Assembly: GCA_965219455.1 (NCBI GenBank)
Contig: OZ244744.1
Coordinates: 768,001 to 832,000 of the forward strand
DNA length: 64,000 nucleotides
Direction: 5' to 3'
Source of the DNA: Candidatus Latescibacterota bacterium
GTDB lineage: Bacteria > Latescibacterota > UBA2968 > GCA-2709665
Shown here: positions 8,823 through 18,020 of the stretch, in pieces
Layout of the letters: every line of letters begins with the position of its first letter
Numbering within the stretch: the stretch's first letter is position 1
Position numbers and translations under genes: made by a program
Notes under the pieces: model-generated
Database searches by the model: none
What the model was told of the DNA's origin: nothing
What the model saw: only the letters and a program-made list of their open reading frames with translations

Positions 8823-10343
8823 ATGCAATCTGATCAGAACATCCTCCTGCTCACGGACGGCCCGGGCGGCACCATAGGGGCCGATCTGGACATTCTTTAT
8901 CCGGACAGGGTCAAACGCCTGGACTTCGTGAATGACGGACACGACGCAGGCGTTCTCGGTCAGCATGAATTCGTAATCACCGTGGTGAATGACGGACGCA
9001 ACCTGCGGATGCTGGACTACAACGCCGTCACCGCATTCGCGGAATCCGGGGGGCAGGTCATCTCCTGCCTCTTCGAGTACGCGCGCAGCCGCGGCCTGCA
9101 TTTCAGCAAAACCCACGTGCACGACCGCATCCGTCCCGGGATGCGAATCGAGGTTGAAAGCGACGCGACCCGGGGCTATTCGGTCGGCGATACCGTCTGG
9201 TGGTACGGAACCGTCACCAGCGCCCCGGATCAGAGCTATGCCAACCAGATGTTCCAGCGTCAGATCCTGGGCATGGAAACCTCCCCGGACGTCGCCGTTC
9301 TGGGCATATCCAACCTGAACAGCGGCGCCGTCATGCTGGAAGAAAGCGTTGGCGACGGCCGCATTGTGGCCATGGACCTCGCGTCGCCGGTGCGCCCATG
9401 GTACAATTCCTGGGGGAGCACGAACAAGTATCTTTTCCTGGGCAACGTCGTCAACAACGCCGTTCGTTACGGCAGACACTATCCGGAACGCCTTTCCTAC
9501 GATGGATTTGTCAACCTGATGTTCGACACCGTGGAACGGTACCCCGACCTCCACCTGGAGGATGAAGGTCGCTCCAGCGACGGCAGGCCGATCTATTCCC
9601 TGAACGTCGGCGATGAATCCAACCCCACAATGTTTTTCGGCGCCGCCATACACGGCTGGGAATGGGAGAACTCCTACGGCCTTCTGCGCCTTGCGGAAGT
9701 TCTGTGTGAGAATCCGAACGTGGAAGGGTTGAACACCAACGAACTGCATTTCAAGATGCTGCCGGTGCAGAACCCGGGCGGATTCGATCGCTTCACCCGC
9801 CAGAACTCCCGGGGTGTCGACCTGAACCGCAATTTCGACTGCAACTGGGACGCCTTCCACTATGCGCAGGACGTGCGGACGCCCTGGGACTACAATTACA
9901 TGGGTACGGAACCCGCATCCGAGAGGGAGACCCGGATCATCCAGCGCCTCATCGACCGATGCCGGCCGCTCTGCGTGATCGACTTCCATACGGCCGACTA
10001 CATTATGATGCTGCCCCACAAGGGAGACGGGGAGCTGCTTGCAGCCATTCATGCGGACATCCGAGATCGCCTGAAAAACCGTTACCTGACTCAGAAGCCG
10101 TACGCCGGCGCGTACCAGCAGGTCAACATGGATCGCATCACCGATTTCCGTCCGCCCGAACCCTATTGCATCTCCTATGCGGCCGAACGCGGCACGCCCG
10201 CCGCCTTCCTCATCGAAATGTCCGGTAATCGCGACGACGTGCACGCCCTCGTCATGAACACGGACACGGTCGTCGAAGTCTGCCTCGCGGCCGTCAAGCA
10301 GTGCCTGCGAACCAGAATCTCGCGGCCCGGACACGAACGTTAA
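8823..10343 (+). CDS. M14 family zinc carboxypeptidase-domain protein with ~220-aa N-terminal extra domain
   Basis: HGWE (HxxE), RQN..GVDLNRNF, ASERET, DFH and a C-terminal IE motif. Confidence 0.85.
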   Translation: MQSDQNILLLTDGPGGTIGADLDILYPDRVKRLDFVNDGHDAGVLGQHEFVITVVNDGRNLRMLDYNAVTAFAESGGQVISCLFEYARSRGLHFSKTHVHDRIRPGMRIEVESDATRGYSVGDTVWWYGTVTSAPDQSYANQMFQRQILGMETSPDVAVLGISNLNSGAVMLEESVGDGRIVAMDLASPVRPWYNSWGSTNKYLFLGNVVNNAVRYGRHYPERLSYDGFVNLMFDTVERYPDLHLEDEGRSSDGRPIYSLNVGDESNPTMFFGAAIHGWEWENSYGLLRLAEVLCENPNVEGLNTNELHFKMLPVQNPGGFDRFTRQNSRGVDLNRNFDCNWDAFHYAQDVRTPWDYNYMGTEPASERETRIIQRLIDRCRPLCVIDFHTADYIMMLPHKGDGELLAAIHADIRDRLKNRYLTQKPYAGAYQQVNMDRITDFRPPEPYCISYAAERGTPAAFLIEMSGNRDDVHALVMNTDTVVEVCLAAVKQCLRTRISRPGHER

Positions 10344-10426
10344 CGGCCGATTGTAAACCCGGAACCATCAGCAGGCTCCTTTCCGTGCGGTAAAAAGGGG
10401 CCGAGACGTTTCAAAGGAGGCCCACC

Positions 10427-11431
10427 GTGAAAATCACCGACATCGACCTCTTCGAAGTCGAGATCCCGCCCATTCCGCCCATTGCCAGATACCATCCCAA
10501 AATCTATTCAATCACACTTTGTCGCGTCCATACCGACGGCGGCATCGAGGGCATCGGCGAATGCCAGGGCGAGCCGGCCCTATTCGCGGAAAGAGCCGCC
10601 GCGCTCACCGGACAGGACCCTCTCTCCCTGGATCCGTTTGCACAGCCCGACCCCTTCGCCTGCGCGCTCCTGGACATCGCCGGACAGGCCTACGGTATTC
10701 CTCTCTACCGCTTTTTCGGAGAGAAAGTCCGCAACCGCATCCCCGTCTCCTACTGGTCCTGCGCCATGCAACCCGAGGAGACGGCGGCCGAAGCCGAGGT
10801 CGGTGCAAGAATGGGCTTCACCAACCACAAACTCAAGGCGCGCCCCTGGAACATCGTGGAAACCGTCCGCCTCATTAAGGAAGCCGCGGGGCCCGAATAC
10901 ACCGTCGGCGTAGATCCCAATACCGCGTTTCAGCGCCCCGGCGTCGCCGCACGTCTTGCGGGAGAACTTGAACCGTTCGGTACGGTCGCCAACTTCGAAG
11001 ATCCCGTACTCAAGAATAACCTGGACTGGTATCGCCTCCTGCGCGAAAAAACCCATATTCCCATCGCGTTACACCTTGGCGCGCCGGGAGACGTGCTGAA
11101 AGCGCTGAAGGCCGAATGCATCGACTACGTCAACCTGGGGGGGCCGGCTCAGCAGGTGAAGAAAGCCGCCGTCCTCGCGGAGGCCGACGACGTCCCCTGC
11201 TGGGTGCAGATGGGCGGCCTGTGCCTGGGCGTCCTCGCCGCCTATTCGGTGCACGTCCAGGCAACCGTTCCCAATGCCACCCTGCCATGCGACGAACTAC
11301 CGTTCACCCGCGTGGCCGACGTTGTGAACGGCGCCCTGGTCGTAGAGGACGGACACTTCATTCTGCCCGAAACGCCCGGCCTCGGCGTGAAGCTGGATAT
11401 GGCGACGGTAAACAAGTACCGCACCGGCTAG
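10427..11431 (+). CDS. Mandelate racemase/muconate lactonizing enzyme family (enolase superfamily)
   Basis: N-terminal capping domain (TDGGIEGIGE, ALLDIAG), KLK, VDPN, FEDP, PGLGV. Confidence 0.9.
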   Translation: MKITDIDLFEVEIPPIPPIARYHPKIYSITLCRVHTDGGIEGIGECQGEPALFAERAAALTGQDPLSLDPFAQPDPFACALLDIAGQAYGIPLYRFFGEKVRNRIPVSYWSCAMQPEETAAEAEVGARMGFTNHKLKARPWNIVETVRLIKEAAGPEYTVGVDPNTAFQRPGVAARLAGELEPFGTVANFEDPVLKNNLDWYRLLREKTHIPIALHLGAPGDVLKALKAECIDYVNLGGPAQQVKKAAVLAEADDVPCWVQMGGLCLGVLAAYSVHVQATVPNATLPCDELPFTRVADVVNGALVVEDGHFILPETPGLGVKLDMATVNKYRTG

Positions 11432-11489
11432 TGTTCCGTCCCGGAAATTTCTCACCCTTCGGCTATCTATTTCCACGACAGAACGCCAT
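11428..11489. mobile_element. Short internally deleted MITE-like element (same family as 46808-47008)
   Basis: Left end CTAGTGTTCCGTCCCGGAAATTTCTCACC matches the reverse complement of the right end of the 46.8-kb element. Right end CTATTTCCACGACAGAACGCCA matches its other end. It overlaps the TAG stop of the upstream gene. Confidence 0.65.
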
Positions 11490-11515
11490 TCGTCAACCGC
11501 AATCGGAGGAAAACC

Positions 11516-11854
11516 ATGCTCCAACTCGCACAAACCGTCCTGGCGCTGTACGGCCTCCTGCTGATCGCGGGCGGCATCATGGGCAAGTTCAAATCGGATA
11601 GCTCAGTTTCGCTTTTCGCGGGCGGCATCAGCGGCCTGGTCGCGCTCTACGCTTACTGGACCGGAAGGACCGATCCCGCGACGGGGTTGCTCATCGGCCT
11701 GATGCTCTCCCTGCTCCTTACCGGGATTTCGTTGAGTCGATTCATCAGGACCCGAAAGCTGATGCCGGCGGGATTGTTGCTTATCGCCAGCATCCTGACG
11801 GCCGCGCTTGTGTCATATTCGCGAAATCAGCTCGCCGGGACCGTTTCCGTCTGA
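11516..11854 (+). CDS. TMEM14 family small membrane protein
   Basis: YGLLLIAGGIMG..K..S..SL.AG.ISG and RF..TRK.MPAG signature. Confidence 0.88.
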   Translation: MLQLAQTVLALYGLLLIAGGIMGKFKSDSSVSLFAGGISGLVALYAYWTGRTDPATGLLIGLMLSLLLTGISLSRFIRTRKLMPAGLLLIASILTAALVSYSRNQLAGTVSV

Positions 11855-11872
11855 ACCGTGAGGACCACGACC

Positions 11873-13075
11873 ATGAAGATCACCGAAATCCAGGTCCGGG
11901 AAGTCTCGGTTCCACGCATCTACACGACACATGCCGCGGATCCGCAGGGCCTCCAGCCCGGGGAAGACCTCAGCCGATCCAGATATCAGATCCTCGAATT
12001 CTTCACGGACACGAACCACGTCGGATTGGGCGAAGTCCCGGACATCGCGGACAGGATGAATCCCCTCCGGGCCAACGACCTGCGCGATCTCCTTTTGCGT
12101 GTGTTGAAAGACGGTGATGTCGCCAACAGAAACGCCCTTCTCGCCCGCGTCGCCGCGGAACTGCCGGCCGGCATTCACCCGGAACTCCGGGGTCTCACCC
12201 TGTTCGGCGTAGAGATCGCTCTTCTGGACCTTGCCGGAAAACACTACTGCGCCCCCCTTTATGAACTCCTGGGCGGGCGCCGTCGCGAACGGGTTGACGT
12301 CTGCTGGGTGGCCTATATGCGACGAGCCGTCTCGCGGGACGAAGAGCTCAACGCGCTTGAAGATGAAATCAGCACCAAGGTCTCCCAGGGACTTCGGGCC
12401 TTCAAGCTCAAGGTCGGAGAGGATCATTCACGCGATCTGGACCGCATCGCGCGAATCCGGCAGGTGGCTGGACCCGAGGTCTATCTCAGAGTCGACGCCA
12501 GCGGCGCGTGGGAGGAGGACGAGGCCATTGAAAAAATCCGGGACATGGCCGCCGCAGGCGTCGACGCCTGCGAGACGCCGGTGGTCGCCGTAAACCGCGC
12601 CGTTGCCAACGACAATCCCGAACGAATCAACGAAAATGCCGATGAAGCGGCCTGCTCGCTCGCCCGCGTTCGTAAACAGACTCCCATCCGGATTATCGAA
12701 CACGTGGCCGATCTCAACGATGGCTTCTCAACGGCTCTCGTACGCCACCGGGCGGTTGACGTCTTCAACGTCATCCCCTCCCAGGCCGGCGGCATCCTGC
12801 GCAGTCAACGCCTGATCCATGTCGCGCAGACAGCCGGAATCCCCGTGCTATTGGGCAGCACCGTGGAGATGGGCCCGGGCACCGCCGCTTTTGTCCACCT
12901 CGCCGTGGCTTCACGGAACGTCACCGTCCCCTCCGACCTGGTTGGCCCGGGCCTTCTGGTGGACGATATCTGCACAACACCGTTCAGGTACCGGAACGGC
13001 GCGCTCGAACCCTTCGAGGGACCCGGCCTGGGTGTTGAATTGGACGAAGAGAAGATGAATCAGTGGGCGGTCTGA
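11873..13075 (+). CDS. Mandelate racemase/muconate lactonizing enzyme family (enolase superfamily)
   Basis: EIALLDLAGK, PLYELLGG, FKLKVG, RVDAS, CETP, GPGLGVELD; GAGGA RBS. Confidence 0.9.
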   Translation: MKITEIQVREVSVPRIYTTHAADPQGLQPGEDLSRSRYQILEFFTDTNHVGLGEVPDIADRMNPLRANDLRDLLLRVLKDGDVANRNALLARVAAELPAGIHPELRGLTLFGVEIALLDLAGKHYCAPLYELLGGRRRERVDVCWVAYMRRAVSRDEELNALEDEISTKVSQGLRAFKLKVGEDHSRDLDRIARIRQVAGPEVYLRVDASGAWEEDEAIEKIRDMAAAGVDACETPVVAVNRAVANDNPERINENADEAACSLARVRKQTPIRIIEHVADLNDGFSTALVRHRAVDVFNVIPSQAGGILRSQRLIHVAQTAGIPVLLGSTVEMGPGTAAFVHLAVASRNVTVPSDLVGPGLLVDDICTTPFRYRNGALEPFEGPGLGVELDEEKMNQWAV

Positions 13076-13090
13076 TACCACACGCTGCAT

Positions 13091-13519
13091 TCATGAGGAT
13101 GCAGATTCCCGGACGCCGAAACCCAACCCCTCGTCTTCACAGAACTTTCTCAATTTACGTATCGCGCCGCCCACCTGCCGCCCCCCGCGCGTAATGCCGA
13201 ACAGGTGCTGGCTGACCACGCGCCGGGAGATCCCCATAATCCCGGCAATTTCCCGCTGCGTCTTGCCGTGGCAGAAGTACAGCAACGTCGCCTCTCTCTG
13301 TTTCTCCGTCAGGCAACCCGGTACCGCCTCGAGAATCCGGAATGTCACTTCCGCAACCCGGTCCTCCCACGCGTACCGCAGACGTCGATCATCGCCCGAC
13401 TCAAACCAGAGACCGTCCTCGCCAGACATCTTTTCCAGTTCGCACTGATTCAGCCGTACTTCCCAGAAATCGGAATTGTACATTAACTCAATCATATCCT
13501 CCGTGTGACGATGAGCCAC
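13091..13519 (-). CDS. Stand-alone sigma-70 region 4-like HTH protein
   Basis: LTEKQREATLLYFCHGKTQREIAGIMGISRRVVSQHL...AIRKLRK. No recognisable region 2; the start codon is uncertain. Confidence 0.8.
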   Translation of the reverse strand: MAHRHTEDMIELMYNSDFWEVRLNQCELEKMSGEDGLWFESGDDRRLRYAWEDRVAEVTFRILEAVPGCLTEKQREATLLYFCHGKTQREIAGIMGISRRVVSQHLFGITRGGRQVGGAIRKLRKFCEDEGLGFGVRESASS

Positions 13520-13533
13520 ACCTGTGGGTACAC

Positions 13534-13566
13534 AAAAAGCCGCGGGGACAAACCCTACCCGCGGCT
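13534..13566 (-). terminator. Intrinsic terminator / attenuator upstream of the sigma-region-4 gene
   Basis: AGCCGCGGG-loop-CCCGCGGCT stem followed by a T-tract on the minus strand. Confidence 0.7.
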
Positions 13567-13609
13567 CCGGAGGGGCAATCGAGTTACAAACAAAACGGCT
13601 GTGAAACCG

Positions 13610-13663
13610 TCAGAAACGCTCAGGAGGCGGATAGGTTACGTGGAAGATTGCGGTCAGCCTCAT
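13610..13663 (-). CDS. Putative 17-aa leader peptide MRLTAIFHVTYPPPERF
   Basis: GGGAGG RBS 7 nt upstream of the ATG. Lies between a TATAAT (13751-13756, minus strand) and the terminator. Confidence 0.4.
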   Translation of the reverse strand: MRLTAIFHVTYPPPERF

Positions 13664-13782
13664 TTTTCGCCTCCCTTCTGCAAATACAAAGAAGGGTGAA
13701 AACTTCACGCGCCATCCGGCGCAATCAATACAATTAAATCGGGCGCTTGCATTATACACATTTGCGGATGCACTTTTCGATG

Positions 13783-15117
13783 CTAATCGTCGTCCTTTGC
13801 GCTTTCCAATTGCGACTTTCGCCTTCTCAACGATTCCCACCAGTCCATCAGTTCCCGGATCCGCTGCTCGTATCCCCGATCGGAGGGACGATAATAGGCC
13901 CGGCCCTCCAGATTTTCCGGCAAATGGCTCTGCGCCGCGAACCCGTCGGGATCGTCGTGTGCGTAACGATATCCCCGTCCGTATCCCAATTCCTGCATCA
14001 GGCCCGTTGGCGCATTTCTGAGGTGCATCGGCACGGGCAGATTCGGCTGTTCCACGACATCCTTCCGTGCTTCACCGTAGGCCTCGTACACCGAATTGCT
14101 CTTGGCTGCAGTGGCCAGGTAGACGGCTGCGTGCGCAATGGCCAGGTCGCCCTCGGGGCTGCCCAGAAAATCGTACGCGTCCTTTGCGGCCAGCGCAATC
14201 GAAAGCGCCCTGGGGTCCGCGTTCCCAATATCCTCCGACGCGAACCGGACCATCCGCCGCAGGATATAGTGCGGGTGTTCGCCCGATTCCATCATACGCA
14301 CCAGCCAGTATAGCGACGCATGCGGATCGCTGTCCCTCAGGCTCTTGTGAAGCGCCGAAATCAGATTATAGTGTTCCTCGCCGCTCTTGTCGTACAGAAA
14401 CGCCTTGCCGCCCATCGCCGCCTTGACAGACTCCGCTGTCAACCGTTCGCCCGTCCCCACCGATGCCGAGGCCATTTCCAGCACGTTCAGGGCGCGGCGG
14501 GCGTCCCCCTCGGCCGCGGTCGCAATGACCTCAAGGGCATCCTCGTCGGCGGTCGCCTCCGGCAGCCCGCGCCCGTCGCCGGCAAGCGCGGTATTCAGAA
14601 TTTCGCATATTGCCGGGACGTCCAGCAGATTCAATACAAATACCTGCGTCCGCGAAAGCAACGCCGCGTTCACCTCAAATGAGGGATTTTCGGTCGTGGC
14701 CCCGATCAGATTAATGGTGCCGTCTTCGACATGCGGTAGAAATGCATCCTGTTGCGCCCGGTTGAAGCGGTGAATCTCGTCGATGAACAGGGTGGTCCGC
14801 CTCCCCAGCCGGCGTTCCCCTTTTGCGCGCGCGACGACCTCCCTCACCTCCTTTACACCGGAGGTGACTGCGCTGAACGCTACAAACCGACTCTCCGTGG
14901 ACTCGGCCACGAGACGCGCCAGCGTGGTCTTACCCGATCCGGGCGGTCCCCAGAAGATCATCGAAGGCGCCCGGTCGTCTTCAATCAACTTGCGAAACGG
15001 AGCTTCCGGCGCCGTGAGGTGATCCTGCCCGCGCACCTCATCCAGGCAGCGGGGTCTCATCCGGTCTGCAAGCGGCGCCTCCGGTTCCAACGCGGCAAAC
15101 AGGTCATCCCCACCCAT
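13783..15117 (-). CDS. rarA: Replication-associated recombination protein A (RarA/MgsA AAA+ ATPase)
   Basis: PLADRMRP, WGPPGSGKTT, FIDEIHRF, GATTENPSF, SALHKS, ASEDIG, VPMHLRNAPT. Confidence 0.97.
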   Translation of the reverse strand: MGGDDLFAALEPEAPLADRMRPRCLDEVRGQDHLTAPEAPFRKLIEDDRAPSMIFWGPPGSGKTTLARLVAESTESRFVAFSAVTSGVKEVREVVARAKGERRLGRRTTLFIDEIHRFNRAQQDAFLPHVEDGTINLIGATTENPSFEVNAALLSRTQVFVLNLLDVPAICEILNTALAGDGRGLPEATADEDALEVIATAAEGDARRALNVLEMASASVGTGERLTAESVKAAMGGKAFLYDKSGEEHYNLISALHKSLRDSDPHASLYWLVRMMESGEHPHYILRRMVRFASEDIGNADPRALSIALAAKDAYDFLGSPEGDLAIAHAAVYLATAAKSNSVYEAYGEARKDVVEQPNLPVPMHLRNAPTGLMQELGYGRGYRYAHDDPDGFAAQSHLPENLEGRAYYRPSDRGYEQRIRELMDWWESLRRRKSQLESAKDDD

Positions 15118-15388
15118 ACTTTCTCCTCGGCCGGGTCGACAGCGATTTCAACTTTCGCACAAGGACCCTCTCGTTTACGCGGTAAGCGAATATCTCTTCG
15201 CCGTTGACGTGCACCACCGGGACCCGCTCGTTGTATTGCGCAACCAGTTCCGGATTACCGTCGACGTCGACGATCTCAAACCGAAACGAGACACGCCGCC
15301 CGGCCGCCTCGATGCGCCTTTTCGCGATTTCACACAAATGGCAGTCGTTTCTGGAATAAAGACTGACCACGGGGAGGTTATCGGACAT
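15104..15388 (-). CDS. Glutaredoxin-like protein (DUF836-type)
   Basis: CHLC motif and VPVVHVNG; overlaps the rarA start. Confidence 0.88.
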   Translation of the reverse strand: MSDNLPVVSLYSRNDCHLCEIAKRRIEAAGRRVSFRFEIVDVDGNPELVAQYNERVPVVHVNGEEIFAYRVNERVLVRKLKSLSTRPRRKYGWG

Positions 15389-15462
15389 CGGAAATGACCA
15401 CGTGTTTGCCGCCTCGAAAACAGGCGGAGGAAATGGTACGATGAAGGACAGGATCCGGGAAA

Positions 15463-15491
15463 AAGTTAACGTGAAACCCGGCACCCGTCAA
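15463..15491 (-). promoter_or_regulatory. Putative sigma70 promoter for glutaredoxin-rarA
   Basis: TTGACG-N17-TAACTT on the minus strand. Confidence 0.45.
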
Positions 15492-15675
15492 GCGGAAAGG
15501 GCACGTCGATCCCGGCCCTGATTTCTCTTGTCCCCCATCCGATAAACCATATCTTTAGGCGCCCCGACCCACCGGGGCCTTGCCACGGGAGGCTCCCCGG
15601 GAAGCCATCGACAATAGGGCGTTCCCGTTCCACGGCCGGATCTGACAGCAGTAGAGCGTATCGGAGAACCCTGAA

Positions 15676-17835
15676 ATGGGCGAGGCGGAAATTCGCGACC
15701 GTTACGGGTGGGCGGAAATCGACCCCGCCGAACCGGTGACGGCCGGCGCCACGGGTACCTGGAGAATCATCTATCACGCCGGCAGATACGGCGTGGATGA
15801 CGGCGGCGTCATAAAAATCGCCTGGCGCGACGTGAGCGACTGGCAGGCGCCCCAGTTCGCCGATCCGGCCGCGCCCGGGTTCGCCTCGGTATCCACCACG
15901 GGACCCGCGTCGCTGGGCCCCGCCTTTGAGAAGCAGCGCTACGTGCGGCCGTGGCGCTTGTGTACCACCATCGACGTCTTCGACGACTCTCTTTCCGAAG
16001 GCGACACGGTCACCCTCACCCTGGGTGACACCTCCGGCGGATCTCCAGGCGTCCGCGCGCAGACGTTCTGCAAGGAACGATTCGAGTTTCGTGTGGCGGT
16101 CGACTGGTGCGGCACCTGGGTCTACGTGGAAGTGCCCTCGCCCGCGGTGCCAATCATCAGCGGCGGTCCACACAAGCTGGTAGCCCTCTGCGCCTCGGAA
16201 ACCCACCCCGGGGAATGCGCCTGGGCCGGCCTGAAGGCCGAGGACGTCTGGGGAAATCCATGCCGGGACTACACCGGCGAAGTCATTGTGGATGCCGACG
16301 GCCTTACCGGGCTCCCGGAGACGTTCCGATTTCGACCCGACGACCTCGGAACCCGTCGGTTTGAAAACGTCGTCGCGCCCATAACCGGGGTTTTCCGCAT
16401 CCGGATCGAGGACAAATCCCTGGACCTGAGAGCGGAAAGCAACCCGCTCCGTTGCGTTGAATCCGGGAAAGGGTACCGGCCGTACTGGGGCGACCTGCAC
16501 GGACAGAGCGAAGAAACCGTGGGGACAAACCCCGTGTCGTCGTACTTTCGTTTCGCCCGGGAATCCGCCTTTGTCGATTTTGCAGGGCATCAGGGTAACG
16601 ATTTTCAAATCACCGAAGCCGTCTGGGAGGAAATCCAACACCAGGCGAATATCCAGAACGATCCCGGACAATTTGTCGTCTTCGTCGGCTACGAATGGTC
16701 TGGAAACACGCCGGTCGGCGGCGATCACAACGTGTATTATCCGGGCGACACCGGTCCCCTGCACCGCTCCAGCCATGTCCTGATTCCGGACAAATCCGAC
16801 GACGATACGGATTGCCTGCACGTAACCGACCTGTACAAAGCATTGAAGGGCACGGACGCCCTGCTTGTGCCGCACGTGGGCGGCCGCTACGCCAATCTGG
16901 ACTGGCACGACCCCGAATTCGAGCGCCTGGTGGAAGTCTACTCCGAGTGGGGCGAATTCGAATGGTTCCTCAAGTGGGCCCTCGAAAACGGCTATCGGGT
17001 TGGATTCACCGCAGGAAGCGACGACCACAAGGGCAGGCCCGGCGCCGCGTACCCGGGCAGCGGCTCCTTCGGGGTTTACGGGGGCCTCACGTGCGTCTTC
17101 GCAACCGAACTCACACGACGCGGCCTGTGGCAAGCTCTGAAAGCCAGGCGCTGTTATGGCACCACGGGCCAGCGGATCCTGGTGAACGTCACCGCCGACG
17201 GGCACCCGATGGGCTCTGACTTTCAGGCGTCGGGTCCGCCTGAAATCGCCGTTGACGTGATCGGCACCGCACCCATCGAACGCGTGGAAATATTCAGAGG
17301 CCTGAACCCCGTATACAGCTTTCCCGAGACAATACCCCGCGAGAAAGACAGGATCCGCATCGCCTGGTCAGGCCAGCGAATCCGTGCGCGCAATCGCCTG
17401 GTTCGCTGGGATGGCTGCCTCACCCTCAATCGGGGACGCATACGCCACGCCGAAGGATATGCCTTCGATTCGGCGTCTGAAGGGATTCAGGCAGTTTCAG
17501 ACCATTCCGTGACGTGGAAGTCCGTAACGACGGGTGACGCCGACGGTGTCATACTTACCCTTGACGCCCCGCCGGAGGCTACCATCGACTTCAGGACGGA
17601 CATCCTGTCCCATTCTCTCACGCTTCAGGAAATCGCAGGGGGGCCTGTCCGGATTCCCGCGGGCGGAATCGACATCGCCGTTGTCTTCGAACAGGCGCCC
17701 GACGGCGCCAGGCACGAAGCAAGCTTCACCTACCGGGAGTCCGAACTGCCAGGTGGCTGTCATCCGTACTGGGTGCGGGTGACCCAGACCGACGGTGCAA
17801 AAGCCTGGACAAGCCCCATATATGTCACCGTGTGA
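15676..17835 (+). CDS. DUF3604 domain protein (PHP-like metallohydrolase fold)
   Basis: YWGDLHGQS, GYEWS, GGDHNV, PHVGGR, VEVYS.WG, GSDDHKGRPG, RRCYGTTG, YWVRVTQ.DG..AWTSP. Confidence 0.85.
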   Translation: MGEAEIRDRYGWAEIDPAEPVTAGATGTWRIIYHAGRYGVDDGGVIKIAWRDVSDWQAPQFADPAAPGFASVSTTGPASLGPAFEKQRYVRPWRLCTTIDVFDDSLSEGDTVTLTLGDTSGGSPGVRAQTFCKERFEFRVAVDWCGTWVYVEVPSPAVPIISGGPHKLVALCASETHPGECAWAGLKAEDVWGNPCRDYTGEVIVDADGLTGLPETFRFRPDDLGTRRFENVVAPITGVFRIRIEDKSLDLRAESNPLRCVESGKGYRPYWGDLHGQSEETVGTNPVSSYFRFARESAFVDFAGHQGNDFQITEAVWEEIQHQANIQNDPGQFVVFVGYEWSGNTPVGGDHNVYYPGDTGPLHRSSHVLIPDKSDDDTDCLHVTDLYKALKGTDALLVPHVGGRYANLDWHDPEFERLVEVYSEWGEFEWFLKWALENGYRVGFTAGSDDHKGRPGAAYPGSGSFGVYGGLTCVFATELTRRGLWQALKARRCYGTTGQRILVNVTADGHPMGSDFQASGPPEIAVDVIGTAPIERVEIFRGLNPVYSFPETIPREKDRIRIAWSGQRIRARNRLVRWDGCLTLNRGRIRHAEGYAFDSASEGIQAVSDHSVTWKSVTTGDADGVILTLDAPPEATIDFRTDILSHSLTLQEIAGGPVRIPAGGIDIAVVFEQAPDGARHEASFTYRESELPGGCHPYWVRVTQTDGAKAWTSPIYVTV

Positions 17836-17941
17836 ACCTGTTCCCGACGACCGCGTCAATATTCACAAGGATGCGCCCGACTCGTTCACGAACGGCGCAT
17901 CAGGTTCCTGCAACCGAAAATCGACATATAGAAAAAAACCC

Positions 17942-17970
17942 TTGACCTGCACCCGACCGCCTTATATTAT
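17942..17970 (+). promoter_or_regulatory. Putative sigma70 promoter for ggt
   Basis: TTGACC-N17-TATTAT with an upstream A-tract. Confidence 0.55.
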
Positions 17971-18020
17971 CGAACCCGTGTACCCACGAACCTCGAGCGT
18001 TTGAAGGGGGGACGTTATAA

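Noticed and set aside
8712-10334. 540-aa minus-strand ORF, and similar long ORFs at 6367-7608, 15466-17205, 51083-52447 and 53028-54617
   Set aside because: Antisense shadows of well-supported genes, expected with high GC; no recognisable motifs.
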